A stretch of DNA of 56,956 nt from a virus. Its lineage: Duplodnaviria > Caudoviricetes. This document shows positions 39,992-48,491 of this stretch, piece by piece. The DNA is taken from IMG/VR virus record IMGVR_UViG_3300022602_001935, positions 1-56,956 of that record; one strand, written 5' to 3'. The translations under genes and the position numbers were made by a program. The notes under the pieces were generated by a model. It did not search any database, was not told the origin of the DNA, and saw nothing but the letters and a program-made list of their open reading frames with translations. How positions within the stretch are numbered: position 1 is the stretch's first letter; every line of letters starts with the position of its first letter.

Positions 39992-40447
39992 ATGTCCGCA
40001 CTCAGTAAAGCATACAAATTCATTGTAAGTACAGGATTACTAACTACCGCTACCAGTGCGGCCGCAAGTTATCCAGTATATCCTATTGGAGTATCAGGTC
40101 CGCAGACCTTTGTTAGTTTCCAAGAAAAAGGTCCAGGGTACTACGGTACAACAACTGGACAGCAGACAATTGCTCTAACTAACACTCCTAATTTTTTAGG
40201 CTCTGTACTAATACAAGGTACACTGAGTTTAGATCCAGCAGAGTCAGATTGGTTTGATTTAGATGGTGGCTTATTCAGTTATAATGAAGCAAGCCCTGGA
40301 TACAACGCAGGATCTGGCTTAGGTTATAGCATGAACGGTAATGGACTTAGAACTGATTCGTTAGTAGCAACAGGTTTATTTGCTTATACACGAGCAATTG
40401 TGACTGCTACCCAAGGTACAGTTATGTTCATCAACTTTAATTACTAA
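39992..40447 (+). CDS. hypothetical protein (probable virion beta-rich protein)
   Basis: Follows TAAATA (39966-39971); G/T/S-rich. Confidence 0.7.
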   Translation: MSALSKAYKFIVSTGLLTTATSAAASYPVYPIGVSGPQTFVSFQEKGPGYYGTTTGQQTIALTNTPNFLGSVLIQGTLSLDPAESDWFDLDGGLFSYNEASPGYNAGSGLGYSMNGNGLRTDSLVATGLFAYTRAIVTATQGTVMFINFNY

Positions 40448-40494
40448 CAAAATCCTGCTAAATACTCTAACTGGAGTCAAACTGAGGCACAACT

Positions 40495-40869
40495 ATGCTA
40501 TTAAACGAATTTTTTGGTTCTTATGACGCCGCTGGCGCTAAGAAGGAAGATGAAAAACATAAAAAGAAATATGAAGAAGCCGAGTTGGCTGACGCGATTT
40601 ATGAATTCATTCTTCACAACGACAAACTCCACAAAGAGCAGTTTATTCCTATTGCTCAGAAAATACACCGCAACCCCACAAAAGAACACGATAACGAAAT
40701 TTGGATGCCACTGGTGACCAAAGGCTGTATGGAATTCTACCATCACAACAAGATGATGGATGATCCACTGAAGATGTTTCACAAAAAATTCCGCAGTGAT
40801 CTTTGCGAACTATTTGCCACGGAGTGTAATAAAGACATTCTCAAAGGCGAATTCGAGTTAGGAGATTAA
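40495..40869 (+). CDS. hypothetical protein (MLLNEFF N-terminus)
   Basis: After TAAATA (40459-40464) and GAGG SD. Confidence 0.75.
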   Translation: MLLNEFFGSYDAAGAKKEDEKHKKKYEEAELADAIYEFILHNDKLHKEQFIPIAQKIHRNPTKEHDNEIWMPLVTKGCMEFYHHNKMMDDPLKMFHKKFRSDLCELFATECNKDILKGEFELGD

Positions 40870-40870
40870 T

Positions 40871-41857
40871 GTGTTTCTAAATGAACTATTCAACAACACA
40901 AAAACTCCTCTAAATGAAGGTGGTAATGTATTTGCAGGTAAGACTACTGCTATCAAGCGTGAAGATATCCCTTCAACTCTAAATGCTTACTTTGCTGAAC
41001 TGAAAAGTATGTTCCCAAAGAAGGCCGCAATCTTTAACGAAAAGAATTTTATGCCACTTGGCTCTGTAGGTAAGAAAGCAGTCAGTGGAGATATTGACTT
41101 AGGTGTTAGTGCTACAGACATCCTTGATAAAACAATGAGTGATGCGAGCATTGCGGCTTGGGGAGTTGATCCTAAAGCAGTAGCCGCAGAGTTTGAAGCA
41201 TTAAAGAAACGTGCTCGCACAAGTACTCCAGAACAACTAAGAATGAAAGCATTCTTAAAACATCTAACACTATACATCAATAGCCATGCTCCAAGCCTAT
41301 ACTGTGATGAAAAGAAAGTCACAGACGGCAACATCTTTGGATTGTTTCCACAAATAGACGCACAAGGACAACATGTAGGTAGCGGTGTTCAGATTGATTG
41401 GATGATCGGTGATCTAAATTGGTTAAAGTTCAGTTATTACTCCGCGGCTTACCCAGAAGGCAGTAATGTTAAAGGACTTCACAGAACACAATTGATGTTA
41501 AGTGCTTTCCAGGTAGCAGGTCTAAGTTTTAATCACGTTGGCGGTGTTAAAGACAAAGAGACTGGAGAAGTTATTGCTCGCGATCCAGACCAAGCATTAG
41601 GTGTGTTAGGTCAAAGACTAGGATTTAAGATCACACAAGCAGATGCAGAAGACTATTATAAACTTCACAAACTATTCCAAACAAAGATGAGTCCAGAGAA
41701 TTACAACTCGCTAATCAACATTTACTTTAAGATCTTGGACAGCACTCGTGCTGACATTCCAGATGATCTACAAGGCGAATGGCGTAAGCGTCAGGGCAGT
41801 CTTGGACTAACAGGTAAGTTCCTACCTGACAATTCAGCATTAAAGGCGAGACAATAA
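40871..41857 (+). CDS. Pol-beta superfamily nucleotidyltransferase-like protein
   Basis: LGSVGKKAVSGDIDLGV (hGS-x-DxD) and third Asp in VQIDWM; GTG start after AGGAG. Confidence 0.7.
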   Translation: MFLNELFNNTKTPLNEGGNVFAGKTTAIKREDIPSTLNAYFAELKSMFPKKAAIFNEKNFMPLGSVGKKAVSGDIDLGVSATDILDKTMSDASIAAWGVDPKAVAAEFEALKKRARTSTPEQLRMKAFLKHLTLYINSHAPSLYCDEKKVTDGNIFGLFPQIDAQGQHVGSGVQIDWMIGDLNWLKFSYYSAAYPEGSNVKGLHRTQLMLSAFQVAGLSFNHVGGVKDKETGEVIARDPDQALGVLGQRLGFKITQADAEDYYKLHKLFQTKMSPENYNSLINIYFKILDSTRADIPDDLQGEWRKRQGSLGLTGKFLPDNSALKARQ

Positions 41858-44646
41858 TGAGTGGCGTAGCAGGTGCCGATCGTGTAAAAAGTCGTCAAGA
41901 CTTTCAACAGTTCTTAAAATCTTACAAAGGTCTGATCAGTCAGTTCCCTGGATTTGTAAGTTTAAATCCCAGCGGTAGTTATAACAGCAATCTTGAGAAG
42001 AATGACTTTGGTGATATAGATCTTATTGTTCATATCCAAAGCGATCAAGACAAAGCCACAGTTAAAAAACAACTACAGGCATTCTTTATGAAACAGCCTG
42101 AAACAGTTATTGTTCCTTTTAGTTCTGCCAAACACGCGGGCAAGCGTAGTTACAACGCAGGTGAATTGGTCAGTGTTCGTTATCACGATGATCACTTAGG
42201 TTATTCAGCACAGATTGACAACATTGTGGCATTAGATCAAAAGGAAGCAGGATTCAAACAGCAGTTCTTAGATTGGCCCGCTGAAAAGCAAGGCCTAATA
42301 TTAGGTTTAATTAAAATTGCCGCAATTGAAACTGATCCAAGAATTCTGTTTAAGAAATTAGGCATACCTGATCCAGGCCCTCTTGAAGAAGGTCAGGAAT
42401 ATGAATTCAATCTTAGTTCAGTAGAACTTCAGTTAAGAAGAATTACCTACAAGCCAGGTACTTACGAACAATTGGGCAGAGAAGTCCTTTGGAATAGTAG
42501 AGACTTTGAAGACATACAAAAGTTATTGTATCAATATAACTTAAACGCAGACTTTGACCAACTATTAGCACAGGCCAAACAGGTAATAAAGAATCCACGT
42601 AGTAATGCAAGGATGCAGGGTGTGTTCTCAAGTATGATCACAGTCAAGAGCGGAGAAGTAGGTACAGCCAAAGGTGCTGGCAAAGAAGCCGCATTGGCCA
42701 AGATACAGAATACATTTAGAGAATCACGTAGCCTGCTACATGCTCTAACAGAATCTGTAAATCCAGGAACTATTGTATTTGCGTTTGGAAGACTACAGCC
42801 TCCTACAATTGGACACGAAATACTTGTCAATACAGTTAAGCAGGTAGCAAAACAAAATGGTTGTCCTTACATTATCTATATCAGCAAAACAGTTGGCAAG
42901 AGTCCGGCAGATAAATTAAAAAATCCTCTCACTGTAGATCAAAAGATGATGTACTTAGGAAAGATGTTCCCAGGTACACACTTTGCTCCGGCTACTGATC
43001 AAGTTCGTACTCCTATTGAAGCCGCTAAATTCCTAAATCAAAAGTATCAAAATCTTATTCTTGTAGCAGGCGGTAGTCGTGCTGAAGAATTTGATAAACT
43101 GTTAAATGACTACAATGGTAGAGACTATAATTTTGATAGCATTCGTGTTGTTAAGATCGATAGAGATCCCGATGCCGATGATGCTTCGGGTATGAGCGGA
43201 ACTAAAATGCGTCATGCGGCCATGGCTGATGACTTTGAAGCATTTAGATCAGGACTGCCAGGAGCATTAGATGATGCTACAGCACAACAACTTATGCAGG
43301 ATGTGAAAGCCGGTATGACTCCAACACCTAAAATTAAAAAAACAAAAGAAGCAATGTTGCCCACAAGTGCGTTTGCTGGATCTAAGAAAAACAAATTAGG
43401 ACCAGCAGGACAGTGGAAGAACACAGGACCAAGTAAGAATCGTCCAGCAAGAGCAGGCGACTTAGTAGGTGGTGCCGCCGAAAGTATTGAGTTAGATGAA
43501 TCTAACGATATTAAAGGTACATTAAGAACAATTGCCAACGATATTGGCGAACCTGTCACTAATGTATATGAAACACTCAAGCATATGGCCAAACGTTTTT
43601 ATGATAGTCACGGAGACCTGAAAGGGTTCGGCATGGTGGCAGGCGGAGTAGGCGGGCGCTGGTTCCAAACATTTTATTTCAACAGACTACAGAATGAATT
43701 GTTTGACCTAAGTAAACAGAATACAAAAATTACAGTACCTTTACAACAGTTTTTACGAGGTGTAGAAGTCAAAGGCAAAATTGAAAATGCCAAAGGTTTT
43801 AGTGCTATTAGTAAAGAACTTCCAGATATACTTGCTGATATAGGTACTAAAATAGGATATGCTCCTTTGGCTAACAATGCTCGCCGTTGGATTCACCATA
43901 GAGAAGAATACGAACAGTACCTAAGTGATTTAGAATTAAGTGATTATGAAGATGACGATGATTTAGATTCTGTACCCAAAACTCCTAAAGATCCAGAGAT
44001 GGGCAAACAGCGTAGTCAAGCAGAAGATATTGTCAATGATGTTTTAAGAAAACTACCGAGTAGAATTGCTGGCGATATTCGCAATGCTATTGCTCGTGCA
44101 CCAAACAAACTACAGGCCTTACAACAAGAACTACAAAAACGTGGTGTTAAGGTTCCTATGGAAAACATGGCTGGTGTAGGAGATATGGATAATCCAGAAT
44201 TTAATGCTGTGTATGAAGCCAAAGCCACAAAGACAAGACTTGATCCAAGTTGCTGGAAAGGCTATCATAAAGCAGGTACCAAAGTCAAAGGTGGTACAAG
44301 AGTCAATAACTGTGTGCCCAATGAAGCCGCTAATCCTGCGCAACAGGCCGCTATTGCTATTGCTAAAAAGAAAAAGCGAGGCACAACAGAAGCAGACGAT
44401 ATAGAACATGGATACCCTATGATGGCTACAGAACACAAGAAGGGTGTTAAGGCTGTTAAATATACTAAGAAACCTAAAGGTATTGAACCACCGAAACCCA
44501 GAAATTTTGTTGCTAAGAACGCAGTAATGGGCGGTGCTGGTGCTCATAAGAATAAGAAAAAAGAAGCAAAGCATAAACATGTAGAGATCGGTGAGGCTTG
44601 GGAACGAGAAATGGCTCGTGCTATTAGACTTTTGGAAAATAAATAG
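41857..44646 (+). CDS. multidomain protein: Pol-beta NTase + HxGH-type (cytidylyl/NMN-adenylyltransferase-like) domain + low-complexity modules
   Basis: SGSYNSNLEKNDFGDIDLIV and AQIDNI; FAFGRLQPPTIGH...MSGTKMR; CWKGY...VNNCVP motif near the C-terminus. Confidence 0.7.
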   Translation: MSGVAGADRVKSRQDFQQFLKSYKGLISQFPGFVSLNPSGSYNSNLEKNDFGDIDLIVHIQSDQDKATVKKQLQAFFMKQPETVIVPFSSAKHAGKRSYNAGELVSVRYHDDHLGYSAQIDNIVALDQKEAGFKQQFLDWPAEKQGLILGLIKIAAIETDPRILFKKLGIPDPGPLEEGQEYEFNLSSVELQLRRITYKPGTYEQLGREVLWNSRDFEDIQKLLYQYNLNADFDQLLAQAKQVIKNPRSNARMQGVFSSMITVKSGEVGTAKGAGKEAALAKIQNTFRESRSLLHALTESVNPGTIVFAFGRLQPPTIGHEILVNTVKQVAKQNGCPYIIYISKTVGKSPADKLKNPLTVDQKMMYLGKMFPGTHFAPATDQVRTPIEAAKFLNQKYQNLILVAGGSRAEEFDKLLNDYNGRDYNFDSIRVVKIDRDPDADDASGMSGTKMRHAAMADDFEAFRSGLPGALDDATAQQLMQDVKAGMTPTPKIKKTKEAMLPTSAFAGSKKNKLGPAGQWKNTGPSKNRPARAGDLVGGAAESIELDESNDIKGTLRTIANDIGEPVTNVYETLKHMAKRFYDSHGDLKGFGMVAGGVGGRWFQTFYFNRLQNELFDLSKQNTKITVPLQQFLRGVEVKGKIENAKGFSAISKELPDILADIGTKIGYAPLANNARRWIHHREEYEQYLSDLELSDYEDDDDLDSVPKTPKDPEMGKQRSQAEDIVNDVLRKLPSRIAGDIRNAIARAPNKLQALQQELQKRGVKVPMENMAGVGDMDNPEFNAVYEAKATKTRLDPSCWKGYHKAGTKVKGGTRVNNCVPNEAANPAQQAAIAIAKKKKRGTTEADDIEHGYPMMATEHKKGVKAVKYTKKPKGIEPPKPRNFVAKNAVMGGAGAHKNKKKEAKHKHVEIGEAWEREMARAIRLLENK

Positions 44647-44650
44647 TATT

Positions 44651-46474
44651 ATGAAAATAGATCAATTATTCGAATCAGGTGACGATTTAGCATCTCAGTT
44701 TGCTCAGATGGCTAAAGATAAAGGCATGAATGTTAGAGTTCGTGGAACCCCAGATCAAGAACGACAACGTACACAAGATATGTTGGCGCAACGTCGTTCT
44801 GATCAAGAAAAACAAAGTCAATTAGCAGGTGAAAAAGATTTTGCTAATCTTGACCAACTTGAAGCCGAATATGCAAAAATGAAAGACGAATATCAATCAT
44901 TAGGCGGATCTAATTGGCAGTATGCTGATCGCGAACAGAATCTATCAGCCAGCGAACGCAAGGCCCGCAGTATGGAAGACGGACTAAGAGCACTATGGTC
45001 GAGAATTCAACGTGCTAAGAAGTATAGTGGCGGTGTGGCGGAAGCACATGATCCTAAATTTACAGGATTCATGAATAAAGCATTAGGCACACGCCAAGAT
45101 GCAAAACCGCAGTCATACGATCCAAATACCACAATGACTTTTGATAATATGCCAGGCTACAAACATGCGTTTAAGTTTGGTATGAATATTATTAAAAAGA
45201 TGGACCCAGATACTAAGGAACACTTTGCAAATGCAAGTGACAATACATTGTTAAGTTACATGATCGATATTGCCGAGAAAAAAGGTTTTATTCCAAAGTA
45301 TTTTGTAGAAGAAGATTTAGACGAAGTTACCCAATGGTTTGATGAACAATTTCACGATCCTGAAATGGAAGGTTGGAGTTGGGCTGATTTATTAAGAGAT
45401 ATGATTGGTCAGGAACCTAATGCCGCAAATAGAGCGGCAGCTCAATCACATAAACAAATGATGGCTAAATCACAAGCGGCTAAAGATAAACCTGAATCAA
45501 TAGATCCAACTAAATTAAAAGTAGTAGATCGTACAGATACTGGAAAATCAGAGATATGGTATCCGCACGGTGACTTTTTTGGTACATCATCTTGGGCCGT
45601 AGTACAAGACGGATTCAAAGATAAAGCTCATGCTGAACATGCCCTAAAACAACTTAAGACTAATCCTAATATTGTCAACATCATAAAAAAGGCTATTGCA
45701 GATGAAGGTTTGGCGGAGGGCGATGACCGAACCGTTGCCAATATCAAAAACTACGAGAGAGAATTGGCCAAATATAAAAAATTCAATGCCAATGGAGCAC
45801 ATGATGTCAAAATTAAAAATCTTGAAAAAATCATAGCCCACTTGAAATCAAAACAAGGTGTGGCGGAAGGCGATGCTCTTGCTGATTTTTTAGCAAAGGG
45901 CGGAAAAATTCATCAATTACCTTACAAAAAACCACGCAAGGCTGATAAAACAGATTATGGTAGCAAACATATTGGCGGATCTGGTGACAAAATGAAAAGT
46001 AGTCGAACTGGAAAAGCCGCCAAGACACAAGGCACTAAAGTAGTTGGCGTAGGAGAATCTGCTCCTAAGGGATGGGAAGGTACAGTTAAAGCAATGAAGA
46101 AGCATAAAGAAATTGATAATCCTTACGCTTTAACTAACTGGATGAAAAACAAAGGCTACAAGAGCCACAAAAAAGAAAGCATGGAAAATCATCCTGACGA
46201 GAAAGAAGATAAAGCACTTATTCGTCAGATGGTTAAAAAACAAGCATTGAAACGCGAAAACATGATGGCAAAAGAACAGCATGAAGATCATGAAATATCA
46301 ATGGCCACAAGCGAATTGAAAAATGTTTATATCAATGCTAAAAAATTGTTTGATATTATTAAAAAACGCAGTGAACAAGAAGGGTTAGATGCTTGGCAAC
46401 AGAGCAAAATTACCAAAGCCTCGGATTACTTAAATAGTGTATTAACGGCTATTAGAGGCGAACCACGTAGATAA
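44651..46474 (+). CDS. modular protein with GVAE-delimited segments (putative head-packaged polyprotein)
   Basis: ATG 44651 follows TAAATA (44640-44645); MKIDQLFES; GVAE/GLAE sites at 45032, 45707 and 45857. Confidence 0.75.
   Translation: MKIDQLFESGDDLASQFAQMAKDKGMNVRVRGTPDQERQRTQDMLAQRRSDQEKQSQLAGEKDFANLDQLEAEYAKMKDEYQSLGGSNWQYADREQNLSASERKARSMEDGLRALWSRIQRAKKYSGGVAEAHDPKFTGFMNKALGTRQDAKPQSYDPNTTMTFDNMPGYKHAFKFGMNIIKKMDPDTKEHFANASDNTLLSYMIDIAEKKGFIPKYFVEEDLDEVTQWFDEQFHDPEMEGWSWADLLRDMIGQEPNAANRAAAQSHKQMMAKSQAAKDKPESIDPTKLKVVDRTDTGKSEIWYPHGDFFGTSSWAVVQDGFKDKAHAEHALKQLKTNPNIVNIIKKAIADEGLAEGDDRTVANIKNYERELAKYKKFNANGAHDVKIKNLEKIIAHLKSKQGVAEGDALADFLAKGGKIHQLPYKKPRKADKTDYGSKHIGGSGDKMKSSRTGKAAKTQGTKVVGVGESAPKGWEGTVKAMKKHKEIDNPYALTNWMKNKGYKSHKKESMENHPDEKEDKALIRQMVKKQALKRENMMAKEQHEDHEISMATSELKNVYINAKKLFDIIKKRSEQEGLDAWQQSKITKASDYLNSVLTAIRGEPRR
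45711..45871 (+). repeat. 161-nt exact duplication, copy 1
   Basis: Identical to 47019-47179 by direct comparison. Confidence 0.95.
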
Positions 46475-46475
46475 T

Positions 46476-46850
46476 ATGAGAGCAAAAGAATTCATAGTCG
46501 AAACTAAACCAGAAGGCAAGATGCACCCACATCATGTTAATGTTCAGCAGGGTGTATCGAGGTCACGCGATGTAGGTGGGTATGATCGTGTGTATCATAT
46601 GAATCGACTAATGATGGCTATGGGTATGGCTGACGGTAAAAGTGAAAAACCTGTAGAGATGGATTCTGCATCATGGACAGAAAAATACAATACACATCAT
46701 CCATATACAGAAGAAGAACACAACATGATCAAGTCTGCGTTGAACACAATTCCCACAGACAGTAAAGAAATTACTCCTTGGTCAAAGAGTATTGAACCAG
46801 ATGATACTCATAAAGTAAGCCCTGTAGCAAATTGGATGAAGAAGAAATGA
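46476..46850 (+). CDS. hypothetical protein (MRAKEFIVE N-terminus)
   Basis: 124-aa ORF in the same operon. Confidence 0.75.
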   Translation: MRAKEFIVETKPEGKMHPHHVNVQQGVSRSRDVGGYDRVYHMNRLMMAMGMADGKSEKPVEMDSASWTEKYNTHHPYTEEEHNMIKSALNTIPTDSKEITPWSKSIEPDDTHKVSPVANWMKKK

Positions 46851-47785
46851 GAATAAATGATCTACTTGTTGAAACCAAACGCAAAAGTTCTGCTGTAAAA
46901 CTACAAAGTGCTTGGGAAAAGCAACAGGCTAAATCTACTGCCAGTCGCAAGCGTGGCGAAGAATACATGGCCAAGATCAAACAAGATGTTGCTGACAAAT
47001 CAAAGAAAGAGCAAGGTGTGGCGGAGGGCGATGACCGAACCGTTGCCAATATCAAAAACTACGAGAGAGAATTGGCCAAATATAAAAAATTCAATGCCAA
47101 TGGAGCACATGATGTCAAAATTAAAAATCTTGAAAAAATCATAGCCCACTTGAAATCAAAACAAGGTGTGGCGGAAGGCTTGAGTGATACACAAAAGAAG
47201 ATTGAAGATACTATACTCAAACTTGAACAACGATTGAAGTTTGCTAAAACACCAGAACAATGGGATAACATAAAAAATCGCATTGAACGATTACAAGCAG
47301 GGTTGAAGCGTAGTAAGCAAGGTGTGGCGGAAGATTGGCAAAAGGTCAATAGACATGACAAGACCGACGGCCTAAGCAAAAAGGCTGTTAGTGCTTATCG
47401 TAGAGAACATCCTGGTTCAAAATTAAAAACTGCTGTCACAACCAAACCTTCAAAATTAAAGAAAGGTTCTAAGTCTGCTAAACGTAGGGCAAGTTTTTGT
47501 GCTCGTATGAGTGGAATGAAAAAACACCGCACTGGTGCTAAAACAAAACGTGATCCAGATAGCAATATTAATAAAGCACTTCGCCGTTGGCATTGTGAAA
47601 GCATAGAAGAGATGCAGGAACTAATTATGATTGGAGAACAATATATCTCCAAATTAAAAGAAGATGGATCAGCAGGCGGAACAAGTTCCGGGTCTATCGC
47701 CAGTGTATCAATGCCCTTAGGCGGCAAAAAGAAAAAGAAAGGTGGCGGAGTAAATTTACTCGGCGGACCTGTATTCAAACGCTAA
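46847..47785 (+). CDS. modular protein with three QGVAE sites (putative head-packaged polyprotein)
   Basis: ATG 46847 (MRINDLLVE); 50-aa and 52-aa modules, then a basic domain with RRASFCARM...LRRWHC. Confidence 0.75.
   Translation: MRINDLLVETKRKSSAVKLQSAWEKQQAKSTASRKRGEEYMAKIKQDVADKSKKEQGVAEGDDRTVANIKNYERELAKYKKFNANGAHDVKIKNLEKIIAHLKSKQGVAEGLSDTQKKIEDTILKLEQRLKFAKTPEQWDNIKNRIERLQAGLKRSKQGVAEDWQKVNRHDKTDGLSKKAVSAYRREHPGSKLKTAVTTKPSKLKKGSKSAKRRASFCARMSGMKKHRTGAKTKRDPDSNINKALRRWHCESIEEMQELIMIGEQYISKLKEDGSAGGTSSGSIASVSMPLGGKKKKKGGGVNLLGGPVFKR
47019..47179 (+). repeat. 161-nt exact duplication, copy 2
   Basis: Identical to 45711-45871. Confidence 0.95.
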
Positions 47786-47798
47786 TTTGTCCAGAGAC

Positions 47799-47827
47799 TT
47801 GACTTCCGCAGTTAAGCAACGTATAAT
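47799..47827 (+). promoter_or_regulatory. sigma70-type promoter
   Basis: TTGACT (47799-47804), 17 nt, TATAAT (47822-47827). Confidence 0.8.
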
Positions 47828-47847
47828 TAAACGCATAGGAGAATTAT

Positions 47848-48117
47848 ATGAGCAAAGTTTTCGGCACCCCTGAACAAACAAAAATCAAACAAATTATTTC
47901 CGAGGGCATGACCGTAATGCAGGAAATCCAAGATCTTACAGAAGGTCTTAATGAAACAATCAAAGCAGTAGCAGAAGAACTCGAAGTCAAACCAAGTGTT
48001 ATTCGTAAAGCAATTCGTATTGCACAAAAAGATCAATGGGATCAAGTATTCCGCGAGTTTGATGATCTTGAAACCATTGTTGATATCAGTGGCCATGCCA
48101 ATCGTAGGGAAGGCTAA
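47848..48117 (+). CDS. T4 DsbA/GapR-like dsDNA-binding protein
   Basis: AGGAG SD; helical pattern EIQDLTEGLNETIKAVAEELEVKPSVIRKAIRI. Confidence 0.6.
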   Translation: MSKVFGTPEQTKIKQIISEGMTVMQEIQDLTEGLNETIKAVAEELEVKPSVIRKAIRIAQKDQWDQVFREFDDLETIVDISGHANRREG

Positions 48118-48413
48118 TGAATGACCTACTCTACGGAATCTTCCGCTGGATCAGAGAAGATTACAGAAGTCATCCATTACGTTTTTGTCTTGAGATCATT
48201 GCTTGGGCTATATCTATTGGCTGTTCTATCACAATGGCCCTCACCGTGCCTAATCCTCCCCTTCTCATCTTGTACCCAATCTGGATTACAGGTTGTGTTA
48301 TCTATGCTGGGTGTGCTTATAGTCGGCGTTCCTTTGGTATGCTGGCTAATTATGGACTTCTTGTCTCCATCGACTCAGTCGGACTTGTGAGAATGATGCT
48401 GGGCCTACAATAA
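48117..48413 (+). CDS. small membrane protein
   Basis: Three hydrophobic helices; TAATG coupling. Confidence 0.7.
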   Translation: MNDLLYGIFRWIREDYRSHPLRFCLEIIAWAISIGCSITMALTVPNPPLLILYPIWITGCVIYAGCAYSRRSFGMLANYGLLVSIDSVGLVRMMLGLQ

Positions 48414-48429
48414 ATATTATCGAGAAAGG

Positions 48430-48484
48430 TTTGATCAGCCACAAATGATCAAATTGGTATTTGTCTGCCGCAAAAGACAAGGAG
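48430..48484 (+). promoter_or_regulatory. tandem hairpin leader upstream of DNA polymerase (candidate translational operator)
   Basis: TTTGATCA-gccacaaa-TGATCAAA and TTGTCT-gccgcaaa-AGACAA, immediately followed by GGAG. Confidence 0.65.
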
Positions 48485-48491
48485 AAAAAAT

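Larger units (their letters stand above)
45032..47334 (+). repeat. dispersed repeat (CAA)GGTGTGGCGGA(A/G)G, six copies
   Basis: Copies at 45032-45044, 45704-45720 (variant GAAGGTTTGGCGGAGGG), 45854-45870, 47012-47028, 47162-47178 and 47318-47334; all in frame as G-V/L-A-E. Confidence 0.9.

Noticed and set aside
45711-47179. Duplication as a diversity-generating retroelement TR/VR pair
   Set aside because: The copies are identical with no adenine-specific mismatches, both are coding, and no reverse transcriptase is in the window.
45032-47334. GVAE repeats as a CRISPR array
   Set aside because: Repeats are only about 17 nt and not palindromic, intervals are 150 nt or more and irregular, all lie in frame within ORFs, and no cas genes are present.
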